DNA of 50,586 bases, filler included, from Jimgerdemannia flammicorona (GCA_003990765.1; 2 parts of 2 records of this genome joined end to end with filler, not necessarily neighbours in it); one strand, 5' to 3'; counted from the first letter of the whole stretch, positions 1 through 14,124 are shown. The notes: generated by a model from the sequence alone, not told the origin. A program made the numbers and translations.

Positions 1-1058
1 AAAACGATGGAGTGATGGAGCGATGGATTGAAGCCAACAGGAGTTCAGTCGCATATGGGTCTTTATGGAGTCGAGAAAGGCCGCACTTCCACGCGGTGGT
101 TCCTGGGGCCTAGCAAAGACGAATGCTCTACCGCAAGAATTGCAAGCCCATCCCTCTCTTACAATTTGTCGTTCTCTACTTTCGTTTTTGTTCACTATTC
201 ATGCTCTACGGATTTCCTGAGGCGGATACTAATCACACATGGGCTCAATTCATACCACAGATTGTTACCTCCCTTTCCACCTCATATTTCGTGGGTACGA
301 ATGGCAAACCGGTTCGTTGGGTCCAACTTGACAATTGCAGGCTGGGGGGTACTGGCTGAGGCTGGAACATTTCCTCGCGCGGATAATACCAAGCACGGTG
401 GTCTTGGCAGTTTCTACAACTCATGAGTTCTTGAGCAAGGATGAAGCTGCCTATGGTTCCATGAAGTTGCAGAACCAAGGTGGGTTGCAAAAATGTTTGG
501 GTCAATTGTCAGTATGCTTTAAAAAATGTGGGAAGGCGGTAGGACCTGTGGACTTCCAAGGTGTTTCGTGCTCCGTGGGTGTGCCTGGCGCCTGTGAAAG
601 CAAGTTGCCGATACGGATAGGTCCACCAGTATGCTTTTTATTTGTCATGGCCATCAACCCACTGCCCGGACACCTCTTACAATAAATCAACCATCTGCCT
701 TCGACACGGGTATGCCTACATAGAGCCGCATCTCAAACTGGCTCCTGGCTCTCGCATTGCTCGTCACTATCAGTGAACCGATGTCCGCGCCATCGGAGAA
801 AAAGGGAATCAGGGCTCGAGAGTACTGATTGCCGCTCGAGTGTGTGCTTTACGTTGCGGTGGGTGGTTTAAGTAGGGTGCATCTCGGTTCTCGACTGCGA
901 TCACGATTGACAGGAAAGTTGGGAGCACGATAGACATTCCGCTTTCCTCCGATCTTACGAAAAACCAGAATGTCGGGCTCGGAAAGCTGCAGGTCGCCAC
1001 TCGGCAGTACCCTGACCGGAATTAGAGGATTTTTCGGATTTGGTTCAGGTGAAGTCAT
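1..1058 (-). pseudogene. Possible decayed CxxC/zinc-finger-containing gene running off the window edge
   Basis: Minus-strand fragments MTSPEPNPKNPLIPVRVLP..., ...EPV*DAALCRHTRVEGRWLIYCKRC... (in-frame TGA at 733-735) and REGWACNSCGRAF...SIKTHMRLNSC (~40-160). No clean spliced model found. Confidence 0.3.
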
Positions 1059-1917
1059 CTGAGCGATGGTGGATTACTGGTCGTAGATGGCCGAGCTTGG
1101 CTATAATAGGTTGGGTGATTGACTTAAACCATCGTATTCAGGCACCATATTTTGAACACTCTTCGCTCCGACTCCGCATCGCCGATCAGTTTGATACGTC
1201 ACCGACGTGGTTGGGGTTCATCTATTATAATTAGTATCAGGTCAAAGTTTCGCTTTGATAAACGTTTGTGCTGCAGTGGCTGACAGGATCCCAACTTTAA
1301 GTCAGGTTCGACTTTCTGAACCGAGCTCTGGTTCGCTCTTTTTAAGTTTTTTTTATCGGAATATAGCACTGTCTAACAGGCGAACAAACGCGCCGTTGGC
1401 GTCTCGTCTGATCTACTCACTTTTATTCGACGCTAATGAATGTGCTCTCTTATCGGTAATCTTGCGCCATCAAATGTCCCTCCAACTGCTCCAGAACGCA
1501 CATATGTAAATAAACACACAGCACCCAGTCCCTTCATAAAAGATAAGCCTGTTGTGAACGGGAAGAAAACAAAGGGACGACCCTGAAGGGGCAGTTGGAA
1601 GAACGGGAGGGTTCAAACTGGCAAACCGGATGGACAATTTAGATCTAATAATAAAGTTCTGATAGCACATCATCGATCGACATCACAATGACACTTACAC
1701 AATGCTCATGACTACTCACCAGTTCTACGAAAAAAGTCTCTGATAGATTGATACAATCTGGATCAGGAAAACGCCGTCCTGATTTGGGAGTACGGTAGTT
1801 ACGCAAGGTAGAGCTGAACAGACCCTTTTGGGGGATGGGGAGGTGGGGTGGGCGGTGCTAGAAGAGAATCAGATTGGGCCTAGTGTAGGTGAATGGGGGA
1901 GGGAGTTTGTATGAGAG

Positions 1918-2230
1918 TGAAGTGGTATGATGCGAAGTGGGGAGGGAATCTGAAGTGGTGTGATGCAAAGTGGAGGAGTGTTCGAGGTGGTGCATGCGGG
2001 TTAGTGGACGCGGTACGTCCGAAACCTGGTTGTTTGGGATACCGTTTCATCCGGTGCGTCCAATCAAGGAATTTAGGCACAGCCCCATTGACAAGGCCGA
2101 TGAAATGGCAGTTTGCATACAAGGTGAATGGGCGCGTAAGCAGGGATGGGGGGGAGCATAAACAGCAGGGATGGGGGGGAGCATAAACAGCAGGGATAGG
2201 CGCGTAAGCGGGGTAAAGCAGGGATGGGGT
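1918..2230. repeat. Short G-rich tandem repeats
   Basis: TGAAGTGGT(A/G)TGATGC(G/A)AAGTGG twice (~1918-1975); AGCAGGGAT four times, including a direct duplication of CAGGGATG(G)nAGCATAAACAG (~2139-2230). Confidence 0.8.
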
Positions 2231-2411
2231 ACAACAATGCTGACGGCACACAAAATGTGACCATGTTGATGGTGTGTTGGATAATGAATGTGCCAGAGAT
2301 GGGCTTAGGGCGTCGTCACATGACCTGTGTTGGGGAACCGCCGAACATCCAAACCCCACAAAATGCACTCTTCCTCCCACCCCCACCACCACCCCCCACA
2401 CAACACACGCA

Positions 2412-5309
2412 ATGTCAACCTCACCGCATTTCTACGACACTCCCGAAGGCGACGAATTCGACGTCGATTACATCGACGAGGACCACCTGATGGCATTCGC
2501 AAACGCCCTCGCAGAGGACCCCGAACGCGAGAACAGCTCCGCAGAACACATCTCCGCATACACAGACTTCATGCCAATACGGCCGAAGGTACATGGGCGT
2601 GGCGAAAATAAAACGAGCAAGAGGCAGCCCAGGAGGGCCGTCGAAGCTTCCGCTGATGGGATCACATACCACTTGTTGAGGTACCCCTTGATGGTGAGCA
2701 ATTGTGCTTTTTTATTTTTATTTTTAGATCAAGCCAATTAACATTGTCTGGTACAATAAAATAAAAGTAAAAATTCGGATGGTTCTGATCTTATTGGAAA
2801 ATGAGTTTAGATTATTCCTGACTCGACTTGCGATTGCTCGTATATACACGAAACCAATTTACTGATCCACACCCCACTTTTTCTCATCCTTTTAATTGTT
2901 ATTATTATATTTACTCATAGATTATGATTGGTACCATCGTCTTCATTGAACTCGTCATGTATGTCTGGTTACGCCAGATTGTCAACGTATGGGAATACAC
3001 CGTCTCATGGTAAGCCTCTACTTATAAGATTTTCAACAAGGGTTCTCATCCTCCCTTCTTGCCATTCACCAACCTGTTCCTTTTCTTTGTTCGCAGGCGT
3101 GGTACCAAACGCCTCCTCCGTAATACCCTCCGCGCGGCACGATCCTACTCAGAATGGTGCGCCGCGGCGGATCGTCTGGATACTTTTATGCACAAAGACA
3201 CATGGAAGGATGTGTGCGAATTCGGCCACTACGACTACAACCTATTAAACAAGGTGGTGCGCAACATGCGTAGGTACCGCCAATCCTTAGAGGACAGCGA
3301 CCACGCCAGCGCCGAGGACGCGGAGAATCTCGAGGACCTGCTTAAGGCCTGCATCAAGTCCAACTTTGCCGGCATCGAGAACACGAGGCTATACTCGCAT
3401 ACGTATCATGGGACTAAGAGGCTTGTGGAAGACTTTGTGGAAGAGGGTGAGCATTATCATTATTCTTTTTGGGGGGGAAATAACTATTTTTGATATTCGA
3501 CTCCCGTGCACCACACTCATCACTTTACCCCATCTCTCATATATTCTTCCTAATTTCAGCCAGCCACTCCCTCACCACCCTCTCCGCGACCCCCGCCCTC
3601 TCCTTCGACAGCAAGCGCAGCGTTCTCCACACCCTGTCCCGCAACTATGGTCGCACCGCTCTCTGCCTCTCAGGCGGCGCCGGCTTCGGCTACTACCACT
3701 TGGGCGTGATCAAGGCCTTGCTCGAGCACCAACTCCTTCCCTCCGTTATCACCGGCACTTCCGCCGGCAGCCTTATCGCCGCCCTCGTCTGCTGCCGCAC
3801 CGACGTCGAGCTCGCCCCCCTCCTCAACCCACGCCTCTCTTCCCGCCTCACCGCCTGCTCCGACTCCATCCCCGTATGGGTCCTCCGCTTTCTCCGCACA
3901 GGAGCTCGCTTTAGTTCAATGGACTGGGCGAGAAAAATTCAATGGATCACGCGCGGTTCGCTCACCTTCCGTGAGGCATACGCCCGCACGGGGAAGATTC
4001 TAAACATCTCCGTCGTACCTTTTGATCGGCATTCCCCACCCAAGCTCCTCAACTACCTTACTGCTCCTGATTGCGTCATTTGGTCTGCCATTATCGCCTC
4101 CGCCGCCGTGCCTGGGATTCTCAACCCCGTCGTGCTTATGCAGAAGACCCGGAACGGCCAGCTCGTGCCCTACAACTTTGCAGGCCACCGATGGAAGGAC
4201 GGGTCGCTGCGCACCGACATCCCGCTCCAGGCCCTGCATAACCAGTTCGGCGTTAACTACACCATCGTCTCTCAGGTCAACCCACATATCCACCTCTTCT
4301 TCTTCGCTAACCAGGGTTCCCCGGGAAGGCCGTCCAGCCATCGTGCGGGGAAGGGTTGGCGGGGTGGGTTTGTGCTCAGCTCGATTGAGCAATATCTCAA
4401 GCTGGATCTTACCAAATGGATGAAGGTGCTTAGGGATTTGGAGCTGTTGCCCAAGCTGATGGATCAGGATTGGAGCTGGATTTGGTTACAAAAGTTTGAT
4501 GGGAATGTGACCATTTGGGTAATTGTCTTTTTGGTATTTTATTTTTTTATTTTTTTAATGGATGAAGCAGGTGGATTTTGGAGAAACTAAGGACTAGTGA
4601 ATCTCAGGATGACGTGTACTTCGTCGGTCCATGTTGGATATAGAGTGTAGTTATCCACCTCGATTCACACTATATCTAATCTCCCTCATCCTTTATGCAG
4701 CCCAAATCGACCATCTCGGACTGGTTCAACATCCTGACAGACCCGAACCCTGTGCGTCTGGAGCGCTTCATCCGCGTGGGCGAGTCTCAGACTTGGCCAA
4801 AACTCTCCATGATCGCGAACCGCATGACGATTGAGCGGGCCATCGAACGTGCACGCACCGAGGTTCGGCGCCGGATCAAGCGCGGCCGCTCCGCCAGCGG
4901 CAAAAACGGCACCGCGGACGGGTGGTATTCCAGCGCGAACAATGTGACACTCATGGCCATGAATGGGAGCAGCGATGATGTCGACAGCCCCGCAGAGAGG
5001 AATAGGGGGCAGGGGCAGGAGGTGGGAAATGAGACGACTGAAGAGCGGAGGAGGAGAGAGTTTAGGGAGCAGTTTATGGATCATCGGGGCGCTGGCGCGG
5101 GGGATGTCGAGGCGGAGGTCGGGGCTGAGGATGGGATAGGGTTGGTCGAGGAGATGCCGTTGAAGGAGGAGATACTGTTGGAGGATGATGCTGAGGGACA
5201 GGTGGTCGAGGAAAGGGGAATTGGGAAGTTTGATGTCGAGAGCATCGATATTGATGACATTGTGGACGAGGGATTGGGGGACGTGGACGAGACGTCTGAT
5301 GACGAATAA
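2412..5309 (+). CDS. Patatin-domain triacylglycerol lipase, TGL3/TGL4/TGL5 family, 5 exons
   Basis: Exons 2412-2693, 2921-3009, 3097-3446, 3560-4518, 4701-5309 with GT-AG introns keeping frame. Motifs GRTALCLSGGAGFG (oxyanion hole), GTSAG (catalytic Ser), WKDGS (catalytic Asp), VSQVNPH; N-terminal hydrophobic segment; acidic tail. Confidence 0.92.
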
Positions 5310-7873
5310 TGGCGCGTTGTATGTATTTTTTCTCTTTGAATTTTAATTCCCTCCCCTCTTTGTGCTCAGTTTTTCAGATCCAATGTATAAACTCTCAAAA
5401 AACGACGTCTCATTTCTAGTTTTGCTTAGCGATTGGCTATTAGACACATCTTTTCACTTGCATCAACAATTTTTTTCTCTCGTGTCCTCTGCATCGCTTT
5501 GACTCCTCTCTGTCCGGTCGTACCTGTCCTGTCATTGTATATATATCAAGTATTCGCTGGGAAGCGTAACTGCGTGCAGGGTGAGGGTGATTATGTGATA
5601 TTGGGCCGGATCGGAAGATGGTGTGTGAATCTGGGACATTGGTGTGAGGCGGAGTTGGGCGCGAGTGCGCCGTGCGAGGGGTATGTGCGACGGATAGGGT
5701 GTGGTGATGCCCGTGCGTTTCGTGATCGTAGAAACGGGGATCGTCGGGGCTTTAGTGTTTGATTTACTGTGCTGGTTGTTGATTGTTGTTCTATGGACGG
5801 ACCACATGTAGGTCGCAGCATGAGATGTTATTCAAACTCGTAGTCGGACCTCGAAATTATTATTATTATTAGGTATTCAGTTCGGAGAGGAAGAGGACGG
5901 ACAAGACTGACAGGAAAAATCAAGTTGTTAGATTGGACACGCTGCACGGGGAATACGGTTCGCCTCCGAATTATCATCGGTTGGAGGCGCGACTTTCCAG
6001 ACTGTTTGCGATGCGAACGCGAGTGGAAGATGGACAATGGTCAACTTTTTCGTAACCATGACCTGTTCCCACTCCGAAAAAACATACTGTCATATGGCAT
6101 GTCTTCTCGGTATTGATAAGCATCATGTTTCGGGGGTTTTTTTTTTTTTTTTTTTTTTTTTTTGCTCTTCACAGATAATTGAGGGAGCGAAAGTTGTAAA
6201 TGATTAATCAGTGGGACGACCAATTCAGCTTGACTATTGATAAATGATTCGGATAAACAAATAATGATTCACGGCAACATTCTTAGCAAATAGCACGGTA
6301 ATCATACCTTACATTTCGTACAGTTAGGTACTACTACATAACAAAGTTGAGGAGACCTTTAAGTTTTTACTCGAAATGTGTTTCCCTTGATTTATTGAAG
6401 GTCGAGCGCGGATATCAAAATGATGACGGCCAACGTGCAGTCGCAAGATTTCCGAAAGCGGTCCTGTCCAAAACAAATGACAGTGCTTCGGCCGAAATTT
6501 GACGTTGTTCCGAGCGGGGTCCCAATACCAGGGTATTGTCGATCCGGACCCGCTCTGATAGCGCCGGTAATGCGCGGTGATGTCGTCGAGTTCACGCCCC
6601 GCCCTGACACGTCGTTCTTTCGAAGAAAGAGGGACCGGAGCGCGGCTTCGTAGATATTTTCCACTCCAGTGTTATTCAATATATATATATGTACGTGACG
6701 ATGTTTGGCGGTCGTCGGAGAAAACCTCAACCTGTGTCATCGGACCAAACGGATCGGCGTCCCCTCCCCCCCCCTCCCATAGCGGGCTGACCGGGCTGGA
6801 GAAAGGAGAGGACTTTTGGTAACGTTGAGCTCTTGCTGGTAAAAAAAAAACCCCCCGTTGAATCCGCGGGAGGAATGGCCTGCGTTTTTTTGTTCGTGCG
6901 GTTGCCACGATACTGGTACGGAAGATCAGATTTGATAAGATCCACCGGACATTGTATACTCTGATCCTCAGTGCAGGCTGTGTGATCACAGAACTGTGCG
7001 GACCTGGAACGATTTTCCTACTTCGAATTTCGGTTGCCCTGGGCACCGTTTCGTGCCAATGTTTGACGGCGGTTTCAGTCAGGTGTCAAAATAAGCTAGG
7101 GTCCTATAGAACTAACTTGTTACGTTTTGAATTTCGTGCTTGGCGTCCCGCGCCATCCGACCCGAATGGCTGGACGATCCGTTGACGAGCGAGGCGGTTC
7201 CGTCAGTGGGCGCTTGTATCGTTTGGCGAGACGCCTAACAAATGGGCCTGTGTGTCTTGGGTTCCCTGTCGTGGAACCGCCACGTGGCATTGGCGCGCTG
7301 CAACCATTCTAATTTTGAAGTAATTTTTTTTTCTTCTCGCGTCGGAATTCTTTTTGAACTTCGCATGTGATCAAAATCGATACGAGATTGGAATCTTTTT
7401 GCCGAGGTTTCGTTTTGCTTGGTTCAGGGGTCAAAATGTCAAAAAAGTATCGGAAAGGGGAGGTACAAAGGTTTCATAGTATATAGTATTGGTAATTTAT
7501 GAATGCCAAAATGCCAAATCTCCAATTGGCTTTATTAAAAAAAAAAAAAAAAAACCCCCAACACGGGCGCACTATCCAAAACTCGATCGGTCGAACGATC
7601 TCTTTGTAATCTCTGTAACTTATTGTTGTTGTGAGACGCCACACAACAACCCTGTAGATTATCAACATCAAACGCAATGAGACAATCCTATTCAATCGAC
7701 CCCAATCACAAACTGGCAAATTAGTCTGTGTAACGGACACATTGCACGAAAAATTCCTAAACAATCCGCGTCAAAGCTTTCAGTAAATGTGACAGGTTTA
7801 ATATTAGGGATTCACAACTTTATTTAGAGTCTTTTGGTTATATATGTTTATTGAATTGCACTACCGTGTAATG

Positions 7874-7946
7874 GGGCCTATGGCCAAATGGATAAGGCGC
7901 CTGACTACGAATCAGGAGATTCCAGGTTCGACCCCTGGTAGGCTCG
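7874..7946 (+). tRNA. tRNA-Arg (anticodon ACG)
   Basis: 73 nt; acceptor stem GGGCCTA/TAGGCTC, anticodon arm CCTGA-CTACGAA-TCAGG, T-loop GGTTCGAC; T-run Pol III terminator just downstream. Confidence 0.97.
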
Positions 7947-9411
7947 ATTTTTTCTTTTTCTTTTTACCTTATTATTTTTTGGGGTGGCTCAAATGATGGG
8001 TTTTCCAGCTTCCCGGTTTCTTTTACGTCAACTTTTTCTGGTACCTATTTTCTGGTACTTGATATGTCTAGGAGCATGTCAATAGGTTCGAGTTTCTGAG
8101 ATTAATTTTTGGGAAAGAGGGAAACCACTCAATCCTGGTCGCTGACGTAGCAGTGCATTTTTTTTTCCAGGTTTTTTGAAGGTTTGATTTACATAAACAG
8201 TTTGCGGTCTTGGAATTGGGCCTACTGTGCCATATGGTAGGTACTCTGATTTCATGTTTGACGACAGTTCATTTGCTACCGATTGTAGCACATCCTGCAA
8301 ACTCGTACGAGATCGACAAAAAAACCCGCTTCTATGTCATCGACGGGAGCGTGGCTCTCCCCCCGTGACTCGCTCCCGCCTTCTAACAATCAACCTTGAT
8401 TCGCAGTCCCACCGATTCGCGCCACCCCATTTTTTTTTTTTCTTTCTTCCTTCCTATTACCGCGAGGTTGCGCCGAGCCCCTGGTTGGGTATGCATGCAT
8501 ACCGGAACGGTCCGACAAACATCGGGCGACGCGACTGGATAAGCACTCGCATCCGATATGCATAGGCAGATATTGACGATGGTGAAGAAAAAAAAAACGC
8601 CTTGCTGCGTTTTCTTTCTGTTTAAGATAAGATCGATAGACGGTTCGGTGGGTAAAATAAAAATAAAAAAAAAAACCAATTCGCCCCAAGATACCTATTT
8701 TTCTGATTCGAAAGACTGGTTTGTCTCGCTGATTTGTTAGGGATGCACGGATTCGTAAATTACCAAGCGTGGTCATATTTAAGAGATTCCCGTTCCATTA
8801 ATCTAAAACGGTCATCGTTTTCAGATAATATGTTCCTGATTTTTGCGGTTTAGTCTACATTCACCAGGGTTGGGATTTTTCTTCTTGTGTGGTCTCGTAC
8901 GCACGAGAGTTGGGGTTGGTGAAAATCAGCCCATGCAAAATAATAATAATAATAATAAATAAATAAATAAACATCAAGACGCATTCTTCGAGTCGGTTTT
9001 GTCAGTTTTTGTCAGTTTTGTCAGTTTTCGCAAATTTTTTACCGGTAAAAGCAGCGAAGTAAAGAACTTTTAGATAATATACATAAAAAAGCAAATAAAC
9101 AAAAAAAACAAAAAACAAATCTACGTAGAAACATATGTGTATGTATACAATTGATCGTGAATTCATATAATTAATGCATATATGAGATTAATAGGATCTA
9201 TATTTTACACTGACTTTCATAATATAGAACGCTGCAACTGGATCAATCGACCCAGTTCCAGGGGGGCATATTAAATGTTTGTGGGGGTATATCATCGTAA
9301 TAATTTCGGGACAATGCGTTTCCCCCTTGAAAACATGATCCCGCATGCAGTCCAGATGTATCGAGTTTTTGAGAAGATCACGCCAAACCACGCTTACTCT
9401 ACTGACTTGGT

Positions 9412-9699
9412 TCATTCAAAGTCAGAGTCAGAGTCAGAGCCAAAGTCACCCTCGAAGTAGTCACAAGAAAAGCAGAGGCACCTCTTCTTGAGATTGCAGT
9501 AGGGTATAATTGCACTGCAGGTCGGGCAAGGTCGGACCGCAGACAGCTCCTTTTCTTTGCACATGAAGCATTTGGATGGTAATGGGCGACGGCCGGTCGT
9601 TTGTCCATGGGCAACGGCTTGGCTAGAACTAGCAATCGCCGAGGAACCGGAGCTATTGCTGGGAGCGGGGGAACTGGACTTCTTGAAGGGCGCCGGCAT
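9412..9699 (-). CDS. Small 95-aa Ser-rich, 8-cysteine protein, putatively metal-binding
   Basis: ATG at 9699; CxxC-x10-CxxC-x6-C-x5-CxCxxC cluster; acidic DSDSD tail; TATAAAAAG on the minus strand about 90 nt upstream (9786-9794). Confidence 0.5.
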   Translation of the reverse strand: MPAPFKKSSSPAPSNSSGSSAIASSSQAVAHGQTTGRRPLPSKCFMCKEKELSAVRPCPTCSAIIPYCNLKKRCLCFSCDYFEGDFGSDSDSDFE

Positions 9700-12600
9700 T
9701 ATGTTCGTGAAATGGCGTTAGGACGGGGAATTTAGTCGTGGGACTAGTCAGTGGGACTTCGAACTCATGAACAATGATCTTGGGGCTTTTTATACGTGTG
9801 CGCGGCATTTCAATTAGCAAAATTACGTCACACACCGGAGGTTAAAAACCGTCCATGTGCCCTGGCTACACCTATGCCCGGAATCACTACCATGAGATTT
9901 TTATCCCCATGGAGATAAAATATGCAACAGGTGACTAGTAATATCTGAACGCACTACAATTTTTTGCTGTCTCGTTCGCTATGTGCCGTGACGCCTTGGA
10001 TGGTGAACGGTGTCAGACCAGGCTCGTTGTTGGCTGGGAACAGCATGAATAGGCTACCATTCACAAAAAAACATGCTTAACGCCCCTGGGTGCCATTTTG
10101 CAATCTTATGCAGGGACACATTGAAAATATGCACAATAATTTCTATGGGCTCCCACCACATTACTTTGAGCTAAAAAAGAGATCACCGCATCAATTGCAA
10201 ATAGTCTGGCGACGTACCAAAGATCTTGGTATGAACGATATTACTAATGGGCTTTTACTACGTTTCGCTACTGGCCCAATTGTTCTTCTAGGACTGCTGT
10301 GTCGCGGGCGGAGTCGCAACATTGTAGAACGGGCGCATGTGCTGTACCCCTCTCGTCGCTCTTAGAATTGGAAAAAAAAAAAAAAAAAAAAAAAAAGTGG
10401 AGGATCAAATCTGTCACGGCATTATTTGGATGCCTTTTCGTATGGCTACGTTCTTTGTTTCTTAAAAATAGAGTGTGTTGACGCGCTCTATTTTGCATAA
10501 AATGCTCTGCAAAGTGGACCGGTCGAAAAACAATGCTCGCGATCGCCCAATCGCTCTCGTTGATCGATTCGTCGCTTCAACAATTGCTCAATTCTGACTT
10601 CACTACAAGCACGAATGCACGAGATGACTCAAAAACTTTCAGGTGAGCTGAATTATCGTTAAGAAAGCTAACAAAAAAAGAGCAAATAATTCCTTTCGGA
10701 AATGACTTCCGGAGAATTTGAACGGATTTGTATCACTTTTCCATTTAAATTTCCAGACATAGTGTATACACTGGGAGATGCTGATACAAGTATTTCGGGC
10801 ACATTAGAAGACAATGCCTGATTTGTCAAGATCCAAGCTATTCGAACTGTTTACTACGATTACAACTAGAAAGGATATATTAGGATTACTTTATCATCGA
10901 GGCCCTTGCAACATATAATGTAGCTCTTGGGAAAAATAAAAAACTTTACAAACTAACACGAATTCGGAACAATTACTCCTTTTAATCCTCTAACGCGTAA
11001 ATTCCAGGATGTGCAACACTTCAACACATGAGCTCCGCCCCGAACGCGCCCAGTCGAAGCGCCGTGCAGATTATTCAAGTACCCATTCGCACAAATATCC
11101 CGTGTTCATTGCGCTCATCCGAGCAGGAATAAGTCCGGCTCCAACGTTCGTAACGCCCAAGTGGGTCTTTTTGGTGGTGCGCGATTGGAGGTGGCCCAAG
11201 TAAGGACCCGAACAAATCCCAGCCGCTCGCGATAAATGTACATGACGTACGTGGCTGGAAACAATATATTTCTCATGGATTCCGGGAGTTGCTTGACTTA
11301 CTGTCAAGAGTGTCATTCCTTTTTTTTTCTCTTTCTCTTTTTCCTGATCCGCTGCCAGTTATGTCTGGGCACCGATCGTCCGCATCAATCATGGGTGCAA
11401 AGGAGGCATACGAAGTATGCAAGTGAATCAGTGGATCTCGCACAACATGTGCTTTGTCGAGTTAGGAGGTAGGATTTCTTAGATTACTCCATTCCATAAA
11501 AGATACTTTGTGTTCATCTTTCAAATAGTATCGGAGACTAAAATTCCTCGATTGAATGAACGTCTCCTAGCGGAATTTTCCACAAATTTGACATATTGAC
11601 AAGAAATGCCACGTTGTTGCCATGCTCCTCCTGATCGGTTGCGCAAACGTTAAGAACCCCTCAGGTGTGTAAGATGGCACATGCTTGTGCGTCCGGCGGG
11701 ACACTTAACCGGCAAAAAAACTTGATCGTCTGTCCCAGCTTGTCGGGAAAGAGGACCGAATTACATGAGATTATTTATTTGTTCCGAGCATTAAAATTTT
11801 TTTGCTTTGCTCATATCGCTCGAAATGGGTCAACACAAAATTATTGAAATGAAATTATGATATATATGATATGGTGCAAAAGGGATATAGCGTCTCAAAG
11901 GTCTCGAGTCGAGCCGAATTCGATTCCGCATTAACGCCCTGTGAAGCTGCATCGTCGGTAAGCCAGTCGGATGCAACGATAGCTTACATTATCACTGGCG
12001 TATGAAACTTGTCATGCGCAAATTTTGCCAATCGGTTACGATACACGCAATTTTGTTTAGACCACGTAATACAACATATGCCACAGCCGGGGTCAGGAAA
12101 AACCCAGGGAGAGGGAAATAGCGCGCAATTACCGTGTTTTTTGTTATTCTTAAATATATGTTTGCAAGTTTCTATCACGAATCAAAACACAAACAAATTC
12201 AAAGAAAAGAAATAAACAAATAATTCAATCAATCAAGATAGGGCAAAAAAGAAAAAGAAAAAATAAAAAGAAAAAATGAAGACCCCCCCAAAAAAAGAAG
12301 AAAAAAAAAAAAATTCACTCATCAACGCAGCAATCAGTAACCAATAGTCAAAATAAAATTAACTTCTATAAGATGCGAGACCGGGACAATGCATTCCATT
12401 TTTTGGGTTAGGGAAGGACAAGATCGATCCACTATGCAATTCGCACGTACCGGGCCTCGGTAGTACTCTTATGCATTCGATTTCTCAACTTACATAATTC
12501 ACACACGTGCCAGCGCCACTTTGCTGCGCAAAACACTTAATTCTTTTCGCTTCTTGGTCTGTCAACTCTGGTGGGCCCTACGATATCTCCAATGTCCATA

Positions 12601-13510
12601 AATAATCATCGGAACGATCCTCGGGACACTATCTGATCGGACGATGTCTGGGCGACCCGCTTTTAAAAAGGGTCCGCTGGTGCCAGCCGTCCAAGTATGT
12701 GGTTAGAGTTGGTCACTCGTTCACGTGCGCGCGCGCGTCCTATCGATCCAAACCCAAAATGAGAAATTGGCAAGCAACCATCAGGTACCTGACGCCAAAA
12801 CCCGTTTTCCAACATGTCAAAATCACATGACCGCTCAATCTTACCTTTTCTTTAAAGTCTTCCAAGCATCTCAAATAAACAATTGATCGCCCGCCGTCAG
12901 CTGGGTGGCGGCCATTTGATCCACCTTGTCATTATGTACATCGCACGAAATTGACAACCAAAACATAAACAAGGCATGTTTGTTCTGCACGGTCAACATG
13001 TAAGAAGCGAAATCCACCAATTCCGTCGTCGCAACCTTACACTGTTGTATACATATCGTCACCCTCCCCCCTCAACAAGCATTGAGTTGTAGGTTGTGTA
13101 CAGGAACAGTCGCCAATCGTCTTAATATGGTCGATTAGAGATCGTCATCGCAACAGCAGCACCGGGGTTACAATTAAGATGACACTATAACATTATAATA
13201 GTGGTCAAATACATCCAGAGTGACCCGTGTGCAACCGCGCTTGGGACAGTACGGTGTTTCTTGTTTATATTAACCATTGAATATGGCGAGACTTTTTGAT
13301 GTGGGATCTGCGCAGCGGGTGGCTCCACCTGACGCCTCGATATGGAGCAATCAGCACTGGCCGCTCTTCGGCATAATTGTACCAATATGGATTGGCTTAA
13401 AATAACCTATGTGCCAGAATGATCTATTTTAGAATATCGGAAGGGGTGGAGGGATGTCCATCGCCGGAGGCAGATAAATTGGTCTTGGTAAGCAACCATT
13501 CCTTTGAAGG

Positions 13511-13671
13511 ATATACCCCCTAGACAGATTTCGAACAGCTACTCCGCATTATTTCGAATGAAATACTCCCTAGATGACAACATTGGTGACACTAGAATAT
13601 ATACCCCCTAGACAAGCACTTTTGGCCATTGCATCGGTGCCACCAAACATACATACACCCCTGAAACAAGC
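13511..13671. repeat. Four degenerate ~17-nt direct repeats (ATATACCCCCTAGACA-like)
   Basis: Copies start at ~13511, 13561, 13599 and 13651 with unrelated spacers. Confidence 0.55.
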
Positions 13672-14040
13672 TAGGCACTCCTGGATATGAGTTTCACATC
13701 CAACCGTTTTAATGTGCTAGATACCTTTTTTGTTATTTTCACCCGTCTCTAACACGAAGAAAAACCAGAAAGGAAGGAAAAGGAAGAAAATAAGACAGAT
13801 AGCCATTTGTAGATTCGCGTAATATTTCCCAATGAATGAAGGTAAGTTAAAATCCATCGTTGCTGACAAATAATAATTACCCTTTATCGATTTGCGAAAC
13901 AAAAAACATGACTCTAAACATGGGGTTACATATGCCAATACTCATTCATCGCCATAAGCCGGAGGATAATATAATTCAAATGTAAGTGAATAGTAACAAC
14001 TGAAGTTAATTGCTTACTTCATAAAAAAGAGGACACTACT

Positions 14041-14080
14041 TAAAAAAAAAAAAAAAAAAAAAAATAAATTAAATACTAAA

Positions 14081-14124
<44 letters not shown>

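Noticed and set aside
1880..2230. Possible Helitron end (CTAG) beside the G-rich repeats
   Set aside because: No A|T insertion context or clear subterminal hairpin.
12723..12738. Alternating purine-pyrimidine (CG)n tract, potential Z-DNA
   Set aside because: Too short and isolated to support a function.
13511..13671. CRISPR-like repeat-spacer appearance
   Set aside because: Eukaryotic context, short degenerate repeats, irregular spacing, no cas genes.
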